A stretch of 64,000 nucleotides of DNA from Alphaproteobacteria bacterium (GTDB lineage: Bacteria; Pseudomonadota; Alphaproteobacteria; UBA828), in contig CBDEFM010000002.1 of NCBI GenBank assembly GCA_965237415.1, positions 2,976,001 to 3,040,000 of the forward strand. Reading direction: 5' to 3'. Below, one piece after another: positions 58,510 through 64,000 of the stretch. Under the pieces are notes generated by a model, which saw nothing but the letters and a program-made list of their open reading frames with translations, had not been told where the DNA came from and did not search any database. Made by a program: the position numbers and the translations under genes. Position 1 is the stretch's first letter. Each line of letters starts with the position of its first letter.

Positions 58510-59049
58510 CTATGAGGCGGCGGCGGCCCGGCGGATCGCGGCAAGGTGTTCACAGGCCGTCCGCGGTGGGATCGCGCCGAGGTTCAGCACCGGGATGCCG
58601 TGGGCCCCGGCAATGCGGATGCCCATGCCCGTGCCGCCGGTGACGGCCCCGCCATCGCAGGTCCAGCAAACGACGGTGTCGACGGGCCGGTCCAGGCGGA
58701 CACCCAGCAGGATTCCGGCGTTCCTGGCGTGCAACTTGCGGACGGCCTGTGAGCAGCGGTCCCAGGCGGGATGATGGCGGGCGGCGAGATCGGTGCAGGC
58801 GTCAAGCTCGGACGGAGACAGAACGCGGCAGTCAGGTCCGGCATGGCCGTTATATCCGCGCCACGGCAGATACAGGGTTCTCCGGCCGGCCGGCGCGCCC
58901 CCGGCAAACGCAGTATCGGCACCGTGCGCGCCGCCGGAGTGCAAATGCCATCCGGTGCGGGCCAGCCACCCGGCCATCACGGTCATGTCGGCAAGGACCG
59001 ATGAAGGCGTCGCGCGGGCGCCGATCCCGGCATAGGTGAGTGTGGTCAT
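58510..59049 (-). CDS. SLOG-superfamily (DprA/SMF-like) protein of phage/plasmid type
   Basis: YAGIGARATP, SGGAHGADTAF, LPW.GYNG, LHARN, GGTGMGIRIA, IPVLNL. Confidence 0.8.
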   Translation of the reverse strand: MTTLTYAGIGARATPSSVLADMTVMAGWLARTGWHLHSGGAHGADTAFAGGAPAGRRTLYLPWRGYNGHAGPDCRVLSPSELDACTDLAARHHPAWDRCSQAVRKLHARNAGILLGVRLDRPVDTVVCWTCDGGAVTGGTGMGIRIAGAHGIPVLNLGAIPPRTACEHLAAIRRAAAAS

Positions 59050-59183
59050 GTTCGATCCCCCGGATGCAAATTCAGCCGCGTCACTCTCCCGGCGCGCGGC
59101 TTCGCCCTCGCCCGGCTGTCCTCTTCCTCCGGCGGCGGGCCGGGGCTACGCCCCCCGGGTTGATTCGCGCTTCGGCGCCGGGC

Positions 59184-59417
59184 ATGGATAGGCCATGGAC
59201 GATCGGGCGCCGCGGGTTCTGGCCGCTGGCGCTGCTTTGGCTGCCGGCCGGGCTTGCGGCGACGATGGCGGTGCGTTTCGGGTCGGAGCACGGGTTGCCG
59301 GAGGCTGGTGGCATGGTGCCGGCGATGCTGCTGATGACTGCCGGATCGCTGGTCTTCTTCGCTCCCTGCGGCCTGCCGCTGGCGCTCGGTTGCCGGCGCG
59401 TGTGGCGGCTCGGCTAG
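59184..59417 (+). pseudogene. Membrane protein N-terminal fragment cut at the IS1595 remnant
   Basis: Two hydrophobic helices ending abruptly at 59413. Confidence 0.45.
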
Positions 59418-60168
59418 CTCGCGCCACCGTCGGAGACCAGCAGGGCGTCCTTCGCGACCACCGGAGCGAGGGCAGCGGTGAGCGCCGCCGCATCAACCCT
59501 GGGCAGCACCGCGCTCACCGTCGTCCCGCTCCGATCCGCCGCCATGAGAACCGGCACCTGCTCGCGCGAGAGGCCGCGCTTCTTCGCCTTGCCGCCCCGC
59601 CGCCGTGCCTTGCGTCCCAGCCCGCGCGCACCCTTCCGGCTCTCCAGGACGTAGGTCTCGTCCGCTTCCACGATCCCCTTGAGCACCTCCGAATCGCTCC
59701 GCGCCGCCGCCAGAAACCGGTGACGCCAGCGGAACGCCGTGCTCACCGCCACGTCGCAGCGCGCCGCCGAGGCCTTCACCGTCTCCCCCTTCGCCAGCGA
59801 CGCCCCGAACGACAGCCAGCGTTCCTTGTGGTGCAAGCCCGACAGCGGCGTACCGCTCAGCGCGTTGAAGGTCCTGCCGCAGCCCTTGCACTGGTAGCGC
59901 CGCAGACCCCGCGCCATACCGCGCGAAACCGCCCCTTCGCTCGCGCAGTGCGGACAGCGCCGGGCCTCGTCCACACCAAGCTCGATCGCGGCCTTCGATG
60001 CCTCGCCCTCGCTCCGGCCCGAAAGCACCGCGAGCGCCTCGCGCCGCTGCGCGCGCGTCAGCCCGCGCGCCGCCGAAAGCCACACCTGGAAACCCTTGAT
60101 GTCCATGACCCAACCCCCTGCCGTTCCTCGCATTCTACCGCAAATGCATACAATTCAAGAATTGAGCC
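59414..60168 (-). mobile_element. Truncated IS1595-family element (transposase 59414-60106)
   Basis: CPHC..CKGC Zn ribbon, HTH, VEADETY, LVSDG then stop (third acidic residue missing); GGC-starting end ggctcaattcttgaattg at 60168. Confidence 0.85.
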
Positions 60169-60600
60169 AACGTGAAAGCCGAATGTGATGCATTTTAAAC
60201 CAGAAATAGAGATACACGACTTTCCGGTGCAACTGCGTCGCTTTATATCAATTACGGGATGGCAACCATGGCGTAAGCGCTTGGACTGGTTACAAGATCA
60301 GGTTCGTGGCAATACCGCAATGGCATACTACCTGGTAGATCGATTTGAATTTGAACTGGTATTTTCGGATATGAGGAAACGGAAGAGATTAACAGGAAAA
60401 TACCTTGGAAATAGGCAAACCGATGCGGAGCATAGATTTCTTTCTTTTGTTTGCATGGTGTCGCTAATTCATAAGAACTTGAATAGCCAAGGCCGTAAAC
60501 GTATGAAATGAATGTTGCTGGATGCGCTAAAGAATGACTACGGCTTGGGCCCAGTATCGTATGAAGTCAAGGTCGCAACACATCTGATGACATTAGGTTT

Positions 60601-60784
60601 CCTGCTTATCCATGAAAGTCCGCTCACCGATGCCTTGTTCCTGCTCGTGTCTAAGTCCGACGAGGTCACAACGACGTAGGCGGGAGTTGCACGGTGCGGA
60701 CTCGGATATGGCACAGCGACTGGAAACCGCGATGGCTCATACGTTGCGTCTCGGCAGCCTTGCTGAGCTTCATGGATAAGCAGG
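60601..60784. mobile_element. 184-bp MITE, copy 1
   Basis: 16-bp terminal IR cctgcttatccatgaa; 8-bp TSD ttaggttt. Confidence 0.92.
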
Positions 60785-61236
60785 TTAGGTTTTGATGTTG
60801 AATTCTCTGATTTGGAAGGTCGCACAAACTTTGATTATCTGGCAAGAAAAGGAAATGTTTGTCTGGAGATAGAATGTAAATTTTTTTCAGCGGATATCGG
60901 AAAGAAAATACATCGGAAAAGATTGTTTCAATTTGGAGGTGTTCTTGAACCCAAGTTGCGACGCTGTCTCAGCGGGAGAGAGCACGGCTTACTCGTAAGG
61001 CTGACTCTACCCGATAGATTGCATGGTGAAGAGAAGCAGCAAGAGGAACTTTCGAATCTTGTATGCAATGCTATTTCGGAGATGAGGGAATATGACCAGA
61101 GTGGAGAGTATCAAGTGTCGATCCAAAAGTTTGATATACTCGGAAGCCCGTTTGTAAAACATTCCATCAGACATATTGATCAGATTAAAATCTCTAGTTT
61201 CCTATCCGAGCGTTTTGGTTTTGACAATAAAAACGT

Positions 61237-62268
61237 ACCGCTTATGCACTTTGTTCCGGCGCAACCAACATGTTGTAGGTGACAGGTTTGGCGCGGATGG
61301 CGATGGCGAACAGGGAGCGGAAGGTGGCGTGCCGCGTTCTGCGTCGGTTGAAGCGGAAGACGAACTCGTCGAGATAGGTTTGCAGGTATTTCCTGCGCAG
61401 CCCGTGATAGACCCCACGGGCCCAGCCCTTGAGGTTGGAGAACATCTGATGGATCCAGGGCAAGACAAGATGTGCGGCCATGGCGCCGATGACGTGGGGA
61501 TCGTGCTGGTTGACGGGGACGCCGGCATATCCGGCCCATCCATCGGTCTTGGCGGTGCTGGCCGGGGCGATGTTACGGGCGATGAAGGCGTTGAGACTGC
61601 CGGCACCGTAGTCGGTGAGAGCGGCCAGGCGCAATCGGCCCGGCTTGTTGCCGTCGCCCACCTCGATGCCACCGACCACGAGCAACTTGCCGTCATGGCT
61701 TCGCCCGGGGCCGCCGCCGCCGGGGTCGTTCTTGGTCCGGAAAGGCAGGGAGGTTTCGTCGATCTCGACCAGCCCCGACAACGGATTGCGGTCTGGATCG
61801 ACCATCGCCCGGCGCAGTTTGGCGGCCAGCATCCAGGCCGTGCGATAGGACCCGAGAGCGAGCTGCTTCTGCAGCTGAAGGGCGGAGATGCCGTTCGAAT
61901 GGGTCGCCATCAGATAGGCCGCCCAGAACCAGACCGTCAGATCGAGCTTGCTGCCGTGGAGGATCGTCCCCGCGGTCACCGAGGTCTGGCGATGGCAGCT
62001 GGTGCATTCGAAGGTGTGCGCCTTGGCTCGAAGCGCCCAGCCATGATCGTGTCCGCAACCCGGGCATTGGAAGCCCTCGGGCCAGCGCATCGAGAACAGC
62101 CAGGCGGCACAAGCAGCCTCGTCGGGAAACATTCGTTGGAAGCTGATCAGGCTCTTGGGAAAGCGCTCCATGGGGCGTGCTCCTGTCTAGAACAAAACAA
62201 GAATATCGTACTCCGTCAACCCTTCCAACGCAACATCTGGGGTGACCGGATCGTCATGCATAAGCGGT
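61237..62268 (-). mobile_element. Complete IS1595-family element (transposase 61242-62171)
   Basis: IR accgcttatgca / tgcataagcggt; 8-bp TSD aaaaacgt; CPGC..CTSC, VEIDET, KTDGW, YLDEFVFRFNRR. Confidence 0.93.
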
Positions 62269-62278
62269 AAAAACGTTA

Positions 62279-62462
62279 CCTGCTTATCCATGACGCTCAG
62301 CAAGGCTGCCGAGACGCAACGTATGAGCCATCGCGGTTTCCAGTCGCTGTGCCATATCCGAGTCCGCACCGTGCAACTCCCGCCTACGTCGTTGTGACCT
62401 CGTCGGACTTAGACACGAGCAGGAACAAGGCATCGGTGAGCGGACTTTCATGGATAAGCAGG
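62279..62462. mobile_element. 184-bp MITE, copy 2 (inverted)
   Basis: Near-identical reverse complement of copy 1; TSD aaacgtta / aaacgttt. Confidence 0.92.
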
Positions 62463-62984
62463 AAACGTTTTGGCAGTATTTGGTGAAAACAATAGAGCCA
62501 TTATAGTGGTTATAGAGAGTAGCAAATCGGACAGGGTTTTGGAGGGAATTTTGCGGCAGTTAAAGGAGGCAGCAAAGAAATAGATTTCCGGATCGTCTCC
62601 TGCAGTTCTGTGTTGTCATTTGGCAGACGTTACGGAAGCGGAACTTCTTAGCCTGAGGAATAAGGGGGAGGATGGGGTTGGCCTAGACTACATGACTACC
62701 CGTCTTCTTCTAGATAGGCCGAAACTGTTATCAGTATCCTATACGACGTCGGGAAGTGTTGAGAAAAGTCGGGTCGTTAGTGGCATGTTGTCGCAAACGC
62801 ATCTTCGGGAGAGAGGGCCAGCGTATACACTCGAGAATCCGGAACACCCGCTGGCGGGAGATAATCGATATTCAATATTTGGTGGTTTCAGTTAACGGCG
62901 ATGTGTGGAATCCCGCGATACGCTATGCTGAGATGCGAGCAATTATAAGTTGCCAAAAATGGTCAACTTACGGCCGCCATCAAC

Positions 62985-63122
62985 ACCGGTTCGTGGCGAA
63001 GAGTTACTAGACCGGGGGTTAGGTGTCGGTCGTGGTGCGCCAGTATGACGTGAACGCGAACCATGTTTTCACGTGGTGTGGCCAATGTCGGGAACTGGCG
63101 CGGGCGGATGATGGCTTTGTTC
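62985..63122 (+). pseudogene. IS66 TnpA-like HTH remnant
   Basis: VSVVVRQYDVNANHVFTW...DGFV. Confidence 0.55.
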
Positions 63123-63226
63123 TGGTGATGCAGCAGGAAGGAGCGGATTTCCTGGCGCTTGCGGGTGCGATTCTTGACCGCCGCCTCGCGAGCGCGCACC
63201 GCGTCATGGGCGGTGTCCGGCGTCCA
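63123..63226 (-). pseudogene. IS110 transposase remnant
   Basis: WTPDTAHDAVRAREAAVKNRTRKRQEIRSFLLHH. Confidence 0.6.
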
Positions 63227-63436
63227 GTTCTTGGTCACGGGAAGGACGGCGCGGTGCTCCGCGCCGACCTCGACCTCTGGATGGCGGCCGCGGGCCTGCG
63301 CGGCACGTTGCTGGATGGGGGCGGCGACGATATCACGCTGGCGGGCATGGCCGACTCGATGATGGTGCAGACCTCGTCGGGGCGCGGTAGGGTGTGCGAG
63401 CCGGATGACCGCGTTCTTCGCTAGCCCGGATTTCTC

Positions 63437-63675
63437 GTGCGCCATTGTAAGGCGCTTTTCTCTGGCGGGTGCGAACCCCGCCCAACAACTGAGGCTCCGG
63501 TTGGTAGCAGCCAGGGCGGTTTACGGAGGTAACGAAGTGGACTGAAGCACTCTGGTGACAAAGGGCTGCATGAGCAGTTCAGCCACCATGCGGGCCGGGG
63601 CGCAAGCGAACACTGTGCAGGCCCCGAAACGGCAGTCGCGGGAGCCGACCCTCCGAGAAATAGGGGAAGGCCGAT
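63437..63675 (+). ncRNA. Group II intron 5' fragment (domain I), truncated
   Basis: GTGCG 5' consensus, ggcgggtgcgaaccccgcc hairpin, ggtagc..ggtaac..gaagc and ggagccgac..gaaggc domain I-like motifs; no RT or domain V follows. Confidence 0.7.
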
Positions 63676-63889
63676 GGTGGACCGGGAAGCGAGCCTCAGG
63701 AGCTGGTGGGCCAGAAGAAGGCGGTGGCCATCGCGGTACGCAACGCCTCGGGACGCCGGCGCTGGTCGAAGCTGGACGAATGGCTGGCCGGCGCGAAGGA
63801 CGGTGCGGGAGGAGGGATCGGCCCGGAAGCGGGGTCTGTACCGGGATCGCCGTTGACCGGCGCGATGCCGTACGGGTAACTGGCGGGCG

Positions 63890-64000
63890 ATGAGCGACAC
63901 TGATCGGAACCTCGACCGCCTGCAGGAACTGCTGGACGCCATCCCGGCCGATCGGGAGGGCATGGGCGTCGCGGAGTTGGACGGCTATGTCGCGGCCCTG
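63890..64000 (+). CDS. UPF0149/YecA family protein (partial at window end)
   Basis: LDRLQELL...MGVAELDGYVAAL. Confidence 0.7.
   Translation, partial: MSDTDRNLDRLQELLDAIPADREGMGVAELDGYVAAL

Larger units (their letters stand above)
60188..62895 (+). pseudogene. AT-rich ~427-aa PD-(D/E)xK nuclease-like gene with 2 nonsense codons and 3 insertions
   Basis: Removing both MITEs and the IS with their TSDs restores one frame; FDYLA..CLEIECK motif; stops at 60509 and 62581. Confidence 0.75.

Noticed and set aside
63437-64000. Retron, DGR or active retroelement
   Set aside because: No reverse transcriptase ORF in the window

Overview
GC-rich, probably alphaproteobacterial chromosome segment. The FN3/SwmB/Calx-beta giant surface protein and repeated toxin-antitoxin (TA) modules resemble marine sponge symbionts, but this is inference only. 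About 1-33.6 kb is housekeeping and catabolic: SirB1-like gene, gshB, urtABCDE-like amide/urea ABC transporter, tRNA-Gly, DEAD-box helicase, a single-chain B12 mutase-like enzyme with a GlmL-type reactivase, broken polyamine-type ABC genes, a hydantoinase/D-carbamoylase/racemase triad, acetamidase, FAH hydrolase and aldo-keto reductase (AKR). Three TA modules punctuate it, one inside a complete 3.2-kb IS1-family element with an 8-bp target duplication (TSD). About 34-64 kb is a mosaic accessory region: integrase remnant, SulP-STAS-cNMP and NCS2-HATPase-like transporters, a D-armless tRNA-like element, a HEPN protein, a Cre-like recombinase, a truncated 2.6-kaa adhesin, a plasmid/ICE-like SLOG-ssb-AlkB-macro-NADAR-toprim cassette, IS1595 elements, two MITE copies inside a dead nuclease-like gene, and a group II intron 5' fragment. 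The best candidate for a novel system is the Cre-like recombinase gene enclosed by two inverted 36-bp lox-like sites with matching 8-bp spacers, directly upstream of the adhesin (putative self-inverting switch and new recombinase/site pair). All calls come from reading motifs by eye; no database search was run.
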